Shown: positions 10,578 through 20,326 of the stretch, in pieces
How positions within the stretch are numbered: position 1 is the first letter of the stretch
Layout of the letters: every line of letters begins with the position of its first letter
Source: Leptospira sp.
GTDB lineage: Bacteria; Spirochaetota; Leptospiria; Leptospirales; Leptospiraceae
Assembly (NCBI GenBank): GCA_034439575.1
Contig: JAWXAQ010000022.1
Location: 1-64,000, forward strand
Reading direction: 5' to 3'
Length of the DNA stretch: 64,000 nt
The notes under the pieces: generated by a model
What the model was told of the DNA's origin: nothing
Database searches by the model: none
The model's input: only the letters and a program-made list of their open reading frames with translations
Program-made: the position numbers and the translations under genes

Positions 10578-11303
10578 CCAAGTGTTCGTTTGGTGAAGTA
10601 AGGCATGAAACGCATGTTCGGTTCTGAGGATTACATTTCCTAATCCTACAATTTTAGCCCCTAAAGATTCAAATTCATTAATCTCCTTTTCCAAAAATCC
10701 AGATTCTGGCCCAAAGATAAATTTGGGAAATATTTCTTTTTCCCATGAAATGGAAATATCCTCTTTAAAACTTTGAATTTGTTTTTGGTTCGGATGCAAT
10801 ACATAGGCATTTTTAAAGGGGAACTCATTTAGAAATTTTGGAAAGGATTCTATATAATTGATCTCAGTCGAATAAGGATTTCCTGACTGTGACATACCTA
10901 GATAGATTTCTTCCATTTCCTTTCCATTATACAGCGGTGAGGTTAAGTATTCTTTATTTTTATGATAGGGAAAAATAAATGTGAGTTTACCCACACCATA
11001 ACATCCGCATAAAAATAGAATTTTTTTGCCAGTTTGTGGCCTCGGTAAAGAAAATATAATTTCTGTATTTTGTAAGTGTTGTGTCTTTGTTATGTTTTCT
11101 AAGGTTAATTCTTCTAAATCTATACTTTCATCACTGATCTGGAGTATTCTATATATTCCTTTTTTTTGATCGGGCAATATTACTTTGAGAGTCTCACCTA
11201 ATGTTTTATGTAAAATGTTTTTGACATGAATTTGGCTCGGGCCTTTTATCTGTATGAACTTTCCATCGACTTTGTCCTGCGATGTAAGTACAACCCAATT
11301 CAT
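10557..11303 (-). CDS. rsmE: 16S rRNA (uracil1498-N3)-methyltransferase RsmE family
   Basis: IFGPESGF and LGNVILRTEHA SPOUT motifs. Confidence 0.8.
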   Translation of the reverse strand: MNWVVLTSQDKVDGKFIQIKGPSQIHVKNILHKTLGETLKVILPDQKKGIYRILQISDESIDLEELTLENITKTQHLQNTEIIFSLPRPQTGKKILFLCGCYGVGKLTFIFPYHKNKEYLTSPLYNGKEMEEIYLGMSQSGNPYSTEINYIESFPKFLNEFPFKNAYVLHPNQKQIQSFKEDISISWEKEIFPKFIFGPESGFLEKEINEFESLGAKIVGLGNVILRTEHAFHALLHQTNTWLETDST

Positions 11304-11306
11304 TTT

Positions 11307-11795
11307 TTAAATGTTGATGCTTGGTTCGATTGGGTCGATAGGTAAATTTGGTTTGTCTTCTTCCACAGGCGCTTGGAATGGATCTGACTTTTGTTCCTCC
11401 GCATTTTCTATGATTTGCTCCTTGGAGGGACTTTCAAAATTTCCCCGAAATATATAAAGTAATAGAATCAGTATTAATAGTATTTCAGCGATTCGTTTGG
11501 GAGATTTCCAAAAGGTTATTTTCGATTTTTGATAGGATTCTTTCGGACCAATTTTCGATTTGAGAAAGTCTATAGGTGCGTATAAAAGATCTTTTAGTAA
11601 ATTAATATATTCTTGTTTACTTGGATTGAATTGAAAGGAAGGAATTGATTTTTCTTCTGTAGTAAAATCAAAATCTATTTCTGAATTAAATTGGAATCTG
11701 TGAGAACAAACTGGGCACCGAACAAGAACGGTTCCCTGACTTGCAGGGAACCGAAGCGTTGTAGAACAATTCGGACAGTTCTTAAGGAAGTTCAA
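11307..11795 (-). CDS. Zinc-ribbon membrane protein
   Basis: CPNC...CPVC at the N-terminus; one TM helix. Confidence 0.75.
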   Translation of the reverse strand: MNFLKNCPNCSTTLRFPASQGTVLVRCPVCSHRFQFNSEIDFDFTTEEKSIPSFQFNPSKQEYINLLKDLLYAPIDFLKSKIGPKESYQKSKITFWKSPKRIAEILLILILLLYIFRGNFESPSKEQIIENAEEQKSDPFQAPVEEDKPNLPIDPIEPSINI

Positions 11796-11814
11796 AGAAG
11801 AACCTTTCGGGTTC

Positions 11815-12639
11815 TTAATATTTAAGTGAGTTTTTCAGAGCTTCCACATTCTTTTTGTAATGTTTGTTGGAATCTCTATCATTGTAATCAAAAACTTTTG
11901 TGAAAAGTTTATCGAAGTAGTCAAGATTTTTGAAATAGAAGGATTTCTTGAAATTGTTTCGAATCGGATTCGTTTTTGTATTTTCCACATTTGCTAAAAT
12001 ATATTTTCCTACACCTTTTTCTGAAGGAGTTTCTGGAGTTCCCCAATCTGGGAATCCATCATGTTGGTAAAATAATTCTATTTTTTCATTGTGAGCAGGG
12101 GTTCCGTTAGGTGCCGTATCTGCAATCACAGATATAACTTTATCTTCTAAGAGAAAATTGTTTTGATAAACGTAAGTTCTAACTTTTGTTAAATTACGTG
12201 GTTGTTCTTTCCTTGGATCTGGATCTGCATTGTTTGCACCTTCAAAGAAAAGTTCAATTTTCTTTGACAAAGCTCCAATGTTGTACGCCGATTTTCCAAT
12301 CTCAGAACCAACAAAGTCAAAAACTTCTAAGTGCATGCAAGTGTTGTCTTTGCTTTCTTGGTCTTTTGCCACTTCACATCTTTCCCCGTCTTGGCTTGGT
12401 TTGCCTTTGAAAAGAACAGTTTTATGCGGAAGAGTACGAACTTTCATTTTAAAAAGTACAGTGTGTCTTGTTAACTTTTTATTGACTTCTGAGATATTTC
12501 CATCTAACTCAGCTTCTGTGACTGAGATGGATTTTCCCTCTTGGCTTGATTCAACGCCTGTCTGTGTATTTCCAGTCTCAGCTTGTGCGAATAAGCTAAT
12601 AGAGAGGAAAAGTATAGGAACAAATTTTAATAGTTTCAT
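11815..12639 (-). CDS. fcpB: Flagellar coiling protein FcpB (OmpL32/LIC11848 family)
   Basis: [25 protein letters not shown] and [10 protein letters not shown] segments match the Leptospira FcpB as I recall it; signal peptide. Confidence 0.88.
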   Translation of the reverse strand: MKLLKFVPILFLSISLFAQAETGNTQTGVESSQEGKSISVTEAELDGNISEVNKKLTRHTVLFKMKVRTLPHKTVLFKGKPSQDGERCEVAKDQESKDNTCMHLEVFDFVGSEIGKSAYNIGALSKKIELFFEGANNADPDPRKEQPRNLTKVRTYVYQNNFLLEDKVISVIADTAPNGTPAHNEKIELFYQHDGFPDWGTPETPSEKGVGKYILANVENTKTNPIRNNFKKSFYFKNLDYFDKLFTKVFDYNDRDSNKHYKKNVEALKNSLKY

Positions 12640-12716
12640 GTCCGAGTCATCCTAAAACGGTTAAATTGAGGATACCCTTGAACGGTAGGTAACCGTAAAG
12701 TAATATCCTATTGGAA

Positions 12717-12743
12717 TTATCGGAATTTCTTAGCCAAGATTGA
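12717..12743 (-). promoter_or_regulatory. Sigma28 (FliA)-type promoter of fcpB
   Basis: Minus strand TCAA-N15-TCCGATAA, close to the consensus TAAA-N15-GCCGATAA. Confidence 0.65.
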
Positions 12744-12761
12744 CGAATTTAAACAAATTTG

Positions 12762-14021
12762 TTATTTCCAGCGAAAATCGGACAAGATTTCTGTATAAAA
12801 ACTAGGATCAGGGGCAATTATTGTAGCCAAATTCGCTATATGTCTCGTAATCCACCTTCGTTCGACATAATCACAGAAGTCTTTTAAATTCCTTCCCGAT
12901 GCCCCTTCCAATTTTAGGGATATCCTTAGTCTCTCTTCGTAAGTCAGATGTTTAGCATAACCTTCGAGGATTTGAGCTCTTTCTTTTTCGTTTGGCAAGG
13001 GAAAGAATATCTTTCTATCAAAACGAGAAAGAAGTGCAGGATCTAGATCGTTTTTTCTATTTGTCGCCCCAATCGTTATCACATTTCCTTTGTCGGCAAA
13101 GCCGTCTAACTTGCGTAACAAGACACTTAGTAAATTTCTTGTGGCTTCAAAAAGTCCATCTTCTCTGGAAGTGGCAAGGGAATCAATTTCATCCAAAAAC
13201 AACATGGATTTTTCAAATAGGGATGCGGCATCAAAAACAAGTGCTAAGTTTTGCGAAGATTCACCATAATATTTACTGAGTATGGATTCAATGGGAACAT
13301 AAACCATAGGAACCATGGCTACACTTGCGGCAATTTTTGCCATTGTCGTTTTTCCAACTCCTGGATCTCCTTCGAACAAAACAGCCCTAGGGAGAATCGA
13401 GCCCGGTATTTTCCTTGTTAGTTTCGTAATCTCACGAAAAGGACCTGGTTGCAGTATTGGCATCACTAGGCTTTCCATGATTTGTTCTTTGACGCCTTCA
13501 TATCCGTAGACTGAATCTAAGGAAAGTGAAGTTCCTTTGGTTTTTTCTTCCATTGGATCATACACTTCAACACCTAACTTTGATAAAATTTCTTTAGGGT
13601 CACGTTTTTGATTTTTGGTTCCTAAAAAAAATCGATATAGAGCAAGGCAAGTTTGGACTTCTTTTAAAGAATAATCACCACGTTTGGAAGATTCAAATTT
13701 TAATACACTTGCCGAATAGGAAAATCGAAATCGGATCTTTCCACTGATATTTTTTTCCGGTTCAAATAGGTTATCGCTTAATCCTTGAATGCTAAAGTAG
13801 CCATTTTCGAAATTGTATATTCGAAAGTTTTCAATATAATTTCTGATGACACCAATGGCTTCGAATAATCTCTCTTTTCCTGGATCTGGTAGAGACATTC
13901 TAAAGAGCAATTCATCTTTTTCGGTTAAAAATTCGTATCCAGTGTTTCCAATCTCAGTGAGAAGTAGTTCTTTGGCCCGAAAGAAATCCAGGGAATTGGT
14001 GGGATTGGACATAATGAACAA
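12762..14021 (-). CDS. AAA+ family ATPase
   Basis: Walker A GDPGVGKT, Walker B LFLDEID, SRH ATNR..LDPALLSRFD. Confidence 0.9.
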   Translation of the reverse strand: MFIMSNPTNSLDFFRAKELLLTEIGNTGYEFLTEKDELLFRMSLPDPGKERLFEAIGVIRNYIENFRIYNFENGYFSIQGLSDNLFEPEKNISGKIRFRFSYSASVLKFESSKRGDYSLKEVQTCLALYRFFLGTKNQKRDPKEILSKLGVEVYDPMEEKTKGTSLSLDSVYGYEGVKEQIMESLVMPILQPGPFREITKLTRKIPGSILPRAVLFEGDPGVGKTTMAKIAASVAMVPMVYVPIESILSKYYGESSQNLALVFDAASLFEKSMLFLDEIDSLATSREDGLFEATRNLLSVLLRKLDGFADKGNVITIGATNRKNDLDPALLSRFDRKIFFPLPNEKERAQILEGYAKHLTYEERLRISLKLEGASGRNLKDFCDYVERRWITRHIANLATIIAPDPSFYTEILSDFRWK

Positions 14022-14096
14022 AAAATGAATGTTTTATTTTTTTTCAAGGAAGGATTTTTTATTTCTCCGACAGTAAGGTTATAAAGAGGGTTCCCT

Positions 14097-14630
14097 ATGG
14101 GTGAAGGTTCATTATCACAAGAAGACATAGACGCATTGCTTGGCGGTTTTGGTGGTGGCGGGGGAGCTGCACCTTCCAGTGGCGGTGGTAGTGGTGGCGG
14201 GGGACTCGATGATTTGGATGCTCTGGTCGGAAGTGGTCCAAGCATTGGTGGTGATGATGGTCCGAGTTTTGCTGATATTGCCGCAGCCCTTGGTCCGAGC
14301 TCTACACCCACACCTTCTAAATCTTCCCAAAAAAACCAATCAGGATCCAATAGCAATACTGCGAATTTAAATTTACTCTTAGATGTCACACTCCAACTAA
14401 CCATTGAACTCGGGCGAACGACTATGTTTATTAAAGATGTTCTAATGCTCACTGAAGGAACGGTCGTGGAACTGGACAAAAATGTGGGGGAAGAATTGGA
14501 CATCTTGGCCAATGGGAAACTTGTGGGCCGTGGTAAACTGATTGTGCTTGATGATTATTATGGAATCCAAATCACTCAAATCGTAAATCCAATGGAACGA
14601 TTGGGGGGAGCACCCGCCTTTCATTTTTGA
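14097..14630 (+). CDS. fliN: Flagellar motor switch protein FliN with a FliM-like N-terminal peptide
   Basis: C-terminal SpoA domain (LLLDVTLQLTIELG...ANGKLVGRG); N-terminal LSQEDIDALL. Confidence 0.88.
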   Translation: MGEGSLSQEDIDALLGGFGGGGGAAPSSGGGSGGGGLDDLDALVGSGPSIGGDDGPSFADIAAALGPSSTPTPSKSSQKNQSGSNSNTANLNLLLDVTLQLTIELGRTTMFIKDVLMLTEGTVVELDKNVGEELDILANGKLVGRGKLIVLDDYYGIQITQIVNPMERLGGAPAFHF

Positions 14631-14634
14631 TCTC

Positions 14635-15078
14635 ATGACTTCGCCTAAGTTACATATCGAACTCACCGAAGACCCGACCGAAGAAATTCAAACCTATCTT
14701 TGGGACAAATTGCACATCTATGGAATGCAGAAAGTCAAAGATTCTAATTTATCATCCGTTTCTTTTTTTTCGCTACTTGTGAAAGAAAAAGAAAAGATCG
14801 TAGCAGGCGCCCTATGTTATCTTTTTTTTAAAGGCCTCAACCTCCAATTGTTATGGGTAGATGACAGCCTACGTGGCAAAAATATAGGTACACGTTTACT
14901 GCAAAGAGTGGAAGAGGAAGCCAAGGTTCGATCTGCCACTTTGGTATTTGGGTATTCCTTTGGTTTCCAAGCCCCTAAATTTTATTTAAAATACGGATAC
15001 AAACAAGTCGGTCTTATCGAAGATTACCCAGAAGGTCACAACTGTTATTTTCTTTGCAAACGATTGGATATGAATTAA
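14635..15078 (+). CDS. GNAT family N-acetyltransferase
   Basis: LWVDDSLRGKNIGTRLL motif A; FQAPKFYLKYGY. Confidence 0.9.
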   Translation: MTSPKLHIELTEDPTEEIQTYLWDKLHIYGMQKVKDSNLSSVSFFSLLVKEKEKIVAGALCYLFFKGLNLQLLWVDDSLRGKNIGTRLLQRVEEEAKVRSATLVFGYSFGFQAPKFYLKYGYKQVGLIEDYPEGHNCYFLCKRLDMN

Positions 15079-15169
15079 TTAAAAGATTGGATCCAAAGAA
15101 GGTTGCAAACCAAAATATGTAAGTAAAAACACTTGCGCTGGAGATTCAATTTTTCATACCCTCAAAGCT

Positions 15170-15853
15170 ATGCTTCGAATTTTACTATTAACCCTTTTCA
15201 CGCTTTCCCTCACGCATTGCAAAGACAAATCGATACCATTACCCTTTGGTGCAGAAATCCGAATGATGCCAGTCGATACAACTGGTCATGGGTCTATTGA
15301 TACAACTGGATATTATATACCAGAGAAGGGAAGTTACCGTGTTATTTATATTGAGATCGATAAAAATGGAAATGGTTCTTCTGATGAAATGATTTGGCAA
15401 GGATCTGCAACTTACCAAGATCCAAACACAAAAGACCTCAAAACAATGGTTAAAGTTCATGAAGAAGTAGATGAAAACCATGATGGTAAAATTGATTTAA
15501 TCAGATGGATGTTACCAAATGATTTCATTGCGATTTCGCAAAAAGATTCAGATCATGATGGTTTCTTTGAAAGCACTCAGTACTATAATTATAAAAAGAT
15601 CGTTGTGAAACGTGAAGTCGATAGTAAGAAACAAGGATTCCCTACAATTTTTATCTACCAAGATCGAGCTGAAATCGACTCTGATAGTGATAAGGTTCCA
15701 GACTTAGTTGTTTTTGGAAAATCAGAATTGGAATTGGAAGAAAAGGCAACAAACTTACGTGATGTGAAACCTTTAAAAAAAGATGCTTCTTATTTTTTGA
15801 ATCCCAAATTATTGCCTCTAGATGCTCGTCCGATCATCGGTGGAAATTATTAA
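15170..15853 (+). CDS. Lipoprotein with repeated DxDxDG-like loops
   Basis: LTHC lipobox; DKNGNGSSD, DENHDGKID, DSDHDGFFE and related repeats. Confidence 0.8.
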   Translation: MLRILLLTLFTLSLTHCKDKSIPLPFGAEIRMMPVDTTGHGSIDTTGYYIPEKGSYRVIYIEIDKNGNGSSDEMIWQGSATYQDPNTKDLKTMVKVHEEVDENHDGKIDLIRWMLPNDFIAISQKDSDHDGFFESTQYYNYKKIVVKREVDSKKQGFPTIFIYQDRAEIDSDSDKVPDLVVFGKSELELEEKATNLRDVKPLKKDASYFLNPKLLPLDARPIIGGNY

Positions 15854-15856
15854 ATC

Positions 15857-15926
15857 TTAAACTAAAACTAACTAAAAAAAGACTCTTAAATTAGTACTTT
15901 TTTTAGTTAGTGAATTTCTAGTTTAA
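15857..15926. terminator. Long AT-rich inverted repeat between convergent genes
   Basis: Perfect 15-bp IR ACTAACTAAAAAAAG (15867-15881) / CTTTTTTTAGTTAGT (15897-15911), plus outer TTAAACTA/TAGTTTAA. Confidence 0.6.
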
Positions 15927-15941
15927 ATTCAAAGATGAGTT

Positions 15942-16862
15942 TTAAACTTTTGGTTTTTTCCCTTCCGTCAAATTAGCAATTAAATTTGGTAAATTCATTA
16001 CGTCCGCAGGGATGAGAATTTCTGTATTTTCTTTTGCAATTTGTAAGAAGTTTTGAATGAAAGATTTTGTGATTTGAAGTTTGATCGCAGCAGAACCTGT
16101 TTGGTCAGAAATTGCATTCGCTATGGATTCTATCCCTTTTGCTGTAGCGGCCGCTAGTGCTTCAATTTCATTTGCCTTACCTTCTGCGGAGTTGATCCTT
16201 CTTTGTTTTTCCCCTTCCGATTTATTGATCGCTTCTTCTTTGAGACCAAGAGATCTATTGATACGAGAATCTCTCTCGCCTTCCGAAAGTAAAATTTGAG
16301 ATCTTTTTACGATCTGAGCTTTTTTCTCTTTTTCCATGGCTTCTAACACAGATTTAGGTGGAACAATATTTAAAATCTCATAGCGATTTACTTTGATGCC
16401 CCAAGGTTCAGATGCTTGGTCAAGAGCTGCAACAATGGTTGAGTTAATCAAATCTTTTTCACCAATGGTTTTGTCCAGTTCCATAGTTCCGATGACAGAC
16501 CGCATCGTTGTTTGTGCGAGTAAAATTGAGGCGAACCTATAGTCTTGGATTCCGTATGAGGCACGAACTGGATCTATGACTTTTAAATAAATCACTCCAT
16601 CCACTTTCACCTGTACGTTGTCATGCGTAATACAAATTTGCGGTTCCACATCGATGGCTTGTTCTTTAAGAGTGTGGTAATAGGAATCTCTATCAAGAAA
16701 TGGCAGAATGATATGAAAACCGGCTCGTAGAGATTGGCTGTATTTTCCAAGTCTTTCCACAATCAAAACATCTTGTGCAGGAATGATGCGAATGCATCTG
16801 AATAATTTATAAGCTAAATAAATTGTGACAATAGCCCAAAATACAATGATATGATAATCCAT
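15942..16862 (-). CDS. SPFH/band-7 (stomatin/QmcA-like) protein
   Basis: ERLGKY, ITHDNVQVKVDG and WGIKVNRYEI motifs; AAGGAGG RBS supports ATG 16862. Confidence 0.92.
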   Translation of the reverse strand: MDYHIIVFWAIVTIYLAYKLFRCIRIIPAQDVLIVERLGKYSQSLRAGFHIILPFLDRDSYYHTLKEQAIDVEPQICITHDNVQVKVDGVIYLKVIDPVRASYGIQDYRFASILLAQTTMRSVIGTMELDKTIGEKDLINSTIVAALDQASEPWGIKVNRYEILNIVPPKSVLEAMEKEKKAQIVKRSQILLSEGERDSRINRSLGLKEEAINKSEGEKQRRINSAEGKANEIEALAAATAKGIESIANAISDQTGSAAIKLQITKSFIQNFLQIAKENTEILIPADVMNLPNLIANLTEGKKPKV

Positions 16863-16863
16863 A

Positions 16864-17787
16864 TTATTCGGCGCCTCCTTGAGGTAATTTTGTTGTGATA
16901 CGAGAAAGCCCTTCAAAGACCCCACCGATGTTTGCTAAATTTTCTGGAACGACAGTTGTTTTAGAAGTTTTTAAGATAGTTCCAAGAGCATCGAGGTATT
17001 CTTGGGTAATTTGTAAACTAACAGCTTCTTTCCCACCTTTTTTGGAAATGGCTTCGGATACCAATTGCAAACCCCGAGCTGTAGCTGTGGCGATAAGTTC
17101 AATTTCTTTCGCGCGGCCAGTTGCTTCATTCACAAGTCTAAACTTTTCCCCTTCGGAAATATTGATAGATTCTTGCATTTCGCCCATAGACTTATTTACG
17201 AGAGATTCTTTTTCCCCTTGGGAGATTGTGATCTCAGCTCTTCTTTCCCGCTCTGATTTCATCTGGTCTTCCATAGCGAGAAGGATTTGTTTAGGAGGAG
17301 TTATGTTACGAATTTCGTATCTTGTGACTTTGATACCCCAAGGATCGGTAGCTCTGTCAATATTGGAAACCACATTGGCATTCATTTCTTCCCTTTCCGA
17401 AAGCAAATTATCCAAAACCAATTTTCCAATTTCGGAGCGGAGTGTTGTTTGAGCTAACTGAGATGTGGCGAGCATGAAATTATCGATACCATAAGATGCC
17501 TTTTCGCTATCCATAACTTTCATATACAAAACTCCATCGACTTCGACGGAAACGTTGTCCTTTGTGATACAAACTTGCGGTGCGATATCTATCGTTTGTT
17601 CTTTAAGATTTTGGCGGTAACGGATTTGATCTACAAAAGGAATCATAAAATAGAATCCTGGTTTTAAGACCCCTTGAAAGACTCCAAGTCTTTCTTTAAC
17701 AAATTCGTTTTGTTCGGGAACAACGATGACCGTTTTTCGAACGATGAAGACGGCCAAAACAAATAATACAACTATAACATTATCCAT
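16864..17787 (-). CDS. SPFH/band-7 (stomatin/QmcA-like) protein, tandem paralog
   Basis: ITKDNVSVEVDG, LAQTTLRSEIG and WGIKVTRYEI motifs. Confidence 0.92.
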   Translation of the reverse strand: MDNVIVVLFVLAVFIVRKTVIVVPEQNEFVKERLGVFQGVLKPGFYFMIPFVDQIRYRQNLKEQTIDIAPQVCITKDNVSVEVDGVLYMKVMDSEKASYGIDNFMLATSQLAQTTLRSEIGKLVLDNLLSEREEMNANVVSNIDRATDPWGIKVTRYEIRNITPPKQILLAMEDQMKSERERRAEITISQGEKESLVNKSMGEMQESINISEGEKFRLVNEATGRAKEIELIATATARGLQLVSEAISKKGGKEAVSLQITQEYLDALGTILKTSKTTVVPENLANIGGVFEGLSRITTKLPQGGAE

Positions 17788-17894
17788 GAATGTGTCTTTA
17801 CTCCTTAAATGAATATAAGTCGTAAGTCTAAGGAAGCAAGCGGAAAGAAAAAAGGATTTTTTATGTTTTTTGTTTTTTTTAGTGAGTAAAAAGA

Positions 17895-18386
17895 TTAAGG
17901 CATCATATCAACTTTTTCTACGATAAAGGTAAGATTTTCTCTTTTGAGAATGCGTACTTTTTCCCCCTTAGGAATACGAGATTCAGTGGAAATCGCATCC
18001 CAGACTGTTCCTTGGAATCTTACCTTTCCACTCAACTGTCCGACCAAAACATCTTGTTCTACGGACACGATTTGATTTAGGTAATCGTCTTTCACAAAGG
18101 GATCTACCGATTTTTCTGATTTAAAAAGTTTTCTGACAAAATGCCCACCAATGAGCAATGACCCGAGAGTGGATGCCATCCATATGATAGCCTGGCTCGT
18201 AAAACTCAATGGAATGAGACGCGCAGCAATCCCAGTGATAAGTCCACCAATGCCAAGGAACATGATAAAAGTGCCTGGAAAAATAAATTCTAATCCTATA
18301 AAAATAAGTCCACTAATGATCCAGAAATAAGGTGCATTTTGAAATATGATGTCCAATGTTTGGGGCTCCGCAATGAGAGTGGGCAA
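17895..18386 (-). CDS. NfeD family protein
   Basis: TM helices with LEFIFPG, C-terminal OB fold (GKVRFQGTVWDA); upstream of the SPFH pair. Confidence 0.88.
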   Translation of the reverse strand: MPTLIAEPQTLDIIFQNAPYFWIISGLIFIGLEFIFPGTFIMFLGIGGLITGIAARLIPLSFTSQAIIWMASTLGSLLIGGHFVRKLFKSEKSVDPFVKDDYLNQIVSVEQDVLVGQLSGKVRFQGTVWDAISTESRIPKGEKVRILKRENLTFIVEKVDMMP

Positions 18387-18452
18387 TAGAAAGTGACTTA
18401 TGGCAAGAAAATTATACTTTGTTTCTTTCTGAAATTAGAAAGTTTGGAAGGA

Positions 18453-18893
18453 ATGAAGAAAACAATTTTCCTAATAACAACGATCGTTTTCTTGCTTTTG
18501 CAATTGGTACCCGTAGATCGAAATACGCATCCAGAACTTAGTCCAATAAGTGCCTCTCCACAAGTGACTGCTATATTAGAGAGGAGTTGTTATGATTGCC
18601 ATTCTATGAAAACGAATTGGCCTTGGTATTCCTATATTTTCCCCATTTCAGTTTTGACAGCAAAACACGTGGTAGATGGCAGGACGGAATTAAATTTTTC
18701 CGAATGGGAAAATCTTTCGCTGAAAAAAAAAGCTACGGCCACGTCGAGTATCATAGAAGAAATCGAAGAGGGTGAGATGCCCTTATACAGTTATGCAATT
18801 CTGCATCCAAAATCAAAATTATCGGTTGAAGACATTGAAATTTTAAAGGCTTGGGCCAATCAAACAGAAGAAGCCTATGATAAGGAAGAATAA
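18453..18893 (+). CDS. Haem-binding domain protein (c-type cytochrome)
   Basis: ILERSCYDCHS, WPWYS, LNFSEW and GEMP motifs; start taken at ATG 18453. Confidence 0.88.
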   Translation: MKKTIFLITTIVFLLLQLVPVDRNTHPELSPISASPQVTAILERSCYDCHSMKTNWPWYSYIFPISVLTAKHVVDGRTELNFSEWENLSLKKKATATSSIIEEIEEGEMPLYSYAILHPKSKLSVEDIEILKAWANQTEEAYDKEE

Positions 18894-20315
18894 ATGAAAG
18901 GAAAAAAACTTTGGGGTGGTCGTTTTGCGGAGTCCCCGTCTTCCCTTATGGTTCGGATCGGTGAATCCATCAGTTATGATAAAGAATTGTACAAACAAGA
19001 TATCAATGGTTCCATTTCCCATTCCAGGATGCTTAAAAAAATTGGCATCATAACAAATGAAGAACAAAAAAAAATTGAAACGGGACTTGGTCAGATACGA
19101 AAGGAAATAGAATCGGGAAAATTTGAATATAAAATTGAAAATGAAGATATCCATATGTCTATTGAGGTTCGCTTAACAGAGATAATTGGAGATATTGGAA
19201 AAAAATTACATACAGCTCGCTCTCGGAATGATCAAGTCTCTCAAGATGTTAGGTTGTATCTGAAAGACGAAATTTATATCATATTAAATGATCTTTTAGA
19301 GTTACTTGCGACTTGGATAGTTAAAGCAGAAAAAAATGTAAATACCATGATTCCAGGTTATACTCATTTACAAATTGCACAACCGATACGTGCTTCCCAT
19401 TATTTTTTATCTCACTTTTGGGCCAATGTTCGCGACTTTGAAGAATTTTTTGCGGCATATGTTCGCGCCGATGAACTAGTATTAGGCTCTGGTGCGCTTG
19501 CGGGTGTCAATTACCGCACCGACAGACAATTTTTAAAAAAAGATTTGGGTCTCAATGGAATTTCTGAAAATTCCATTGATGCTGTGAGCCAAAGAGATCA
19601 TGTCTTGAAATTTTTGTTTGCAGCATCCCAATTCTTTATACACACATCAAGGTTTTGCGAAGAAGTGATTTTGTTTTCCTCCCAAGAATTTTCCTACTTC
19701 CGTTTGCCTGATTCCCTCACAACTGGTTCCTCCATTATGCCCCAAAAGAAAAATCCTGATATAGCCGAACTTCTACGTGGCAAAGCAGGAAGGGTGATCG
19801 GAAGTTTGAATCATGTTTTTATTATGATGAAAGGCACTCCGTTTGCTTATAACAGAGATTTTCAGGAGGATAAAATCCCTTTGTTTGATTCCATGAAACA
19901 AGTAAAATTGGGAATCGAAGGTGTCAGAGATATGGTAAATGGCATCCAAATCTTTCCAGAAAATACCCTTCGCAGTTTGAAATCAGGGTTTTCTACAGCA
20001 ACAGATCTCGCCGATTGGCTCGTGGCGGAAAAAAAGATACCATTTCGAACTTCGCATGAAATCACTGGAGAATTGGTACGGGTTTGCCAGGAAAGGGGTT
20101 GGGATTTATTTTCGATTCCTGCGAGCGAAAGGGAAAAAGTGCATATGGCGCTTATTGATCCAGGTTACGCGGCCGCTATCAACTTAGAGACTTCTTGCGA
20201 TAAAAAAAATGTCCAAGGTGGAACGGCAAAACCCAGACAATGGGAACAAATCAAAGTAGCCAAATCAAAGTTAAAAGAACTTAGCAAAATGATAAAGATT
20301 AAAAAAGGAAAATAG
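18894..20315 (+). CDS. argH: Argininosuccinate lyase
   Basis: [15 protein letters not shown] and [12 protein letters not shown] motifs. Confidence 0.97.
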   Translation: MKGKKLWGGRFAESPSSLMVRIGESISYDKELYKQDINGSISHSRMLKKIGIITNEEQKKIETGLGQIRKEIESGKFEYKIENEDIHMSIEVRLTEIIGDIGKKLHTARSRNDQVSQDVRLYLKDEIYIILNDLLELLATWIVKAEKNVNTMIPGYTHLQIAQPIRASHYFLSHFWANVRDFEEFFAAYVRADELVLGSGALAGVNYRTDRQFLKKDLGLNGISENSIDAVSQRDHVLKFLFAASQFFIHTSRFCEEVILFSSQEFSYFRLPDSLTTGSSIMPQKKNPDIAELLRGKAGRVIGSLNHVFIMMKGTPFAYNRDFQEDKIPLFDSMKQVKLGIEGVRDMVNGIQIFPENTLRSLKSGFSTATDLADWLVAEKKIPFRTSHEITGELVRVCQERGWDLFSIPASEREKVHMALIDPGYAAAINLETSCDKKNVQGGTAKPRQWEQIKVAKSKLKELSKMIKIKKGK

Positions 20316-20326
20316 GAATAAAGATA

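Noticed and set aside
14040-14075. Sigma28 promoters before fliN (also before 21858 and 61620)
   Set aside because: -10-like CCGA boxes are present but lack a correctly spaced -35 element.
13925-14512. 195-aa Pro/Ser-rich ORF
   Set aside because: Antisense shadow of the Gly-rich fliN.
16895-17452. 185-aa plus-strand ORF (and similar short antisense ORFs throughout the window)
   Set aside because: Lies wholly antisense to a well-supported gene and has no motifs or RBS.
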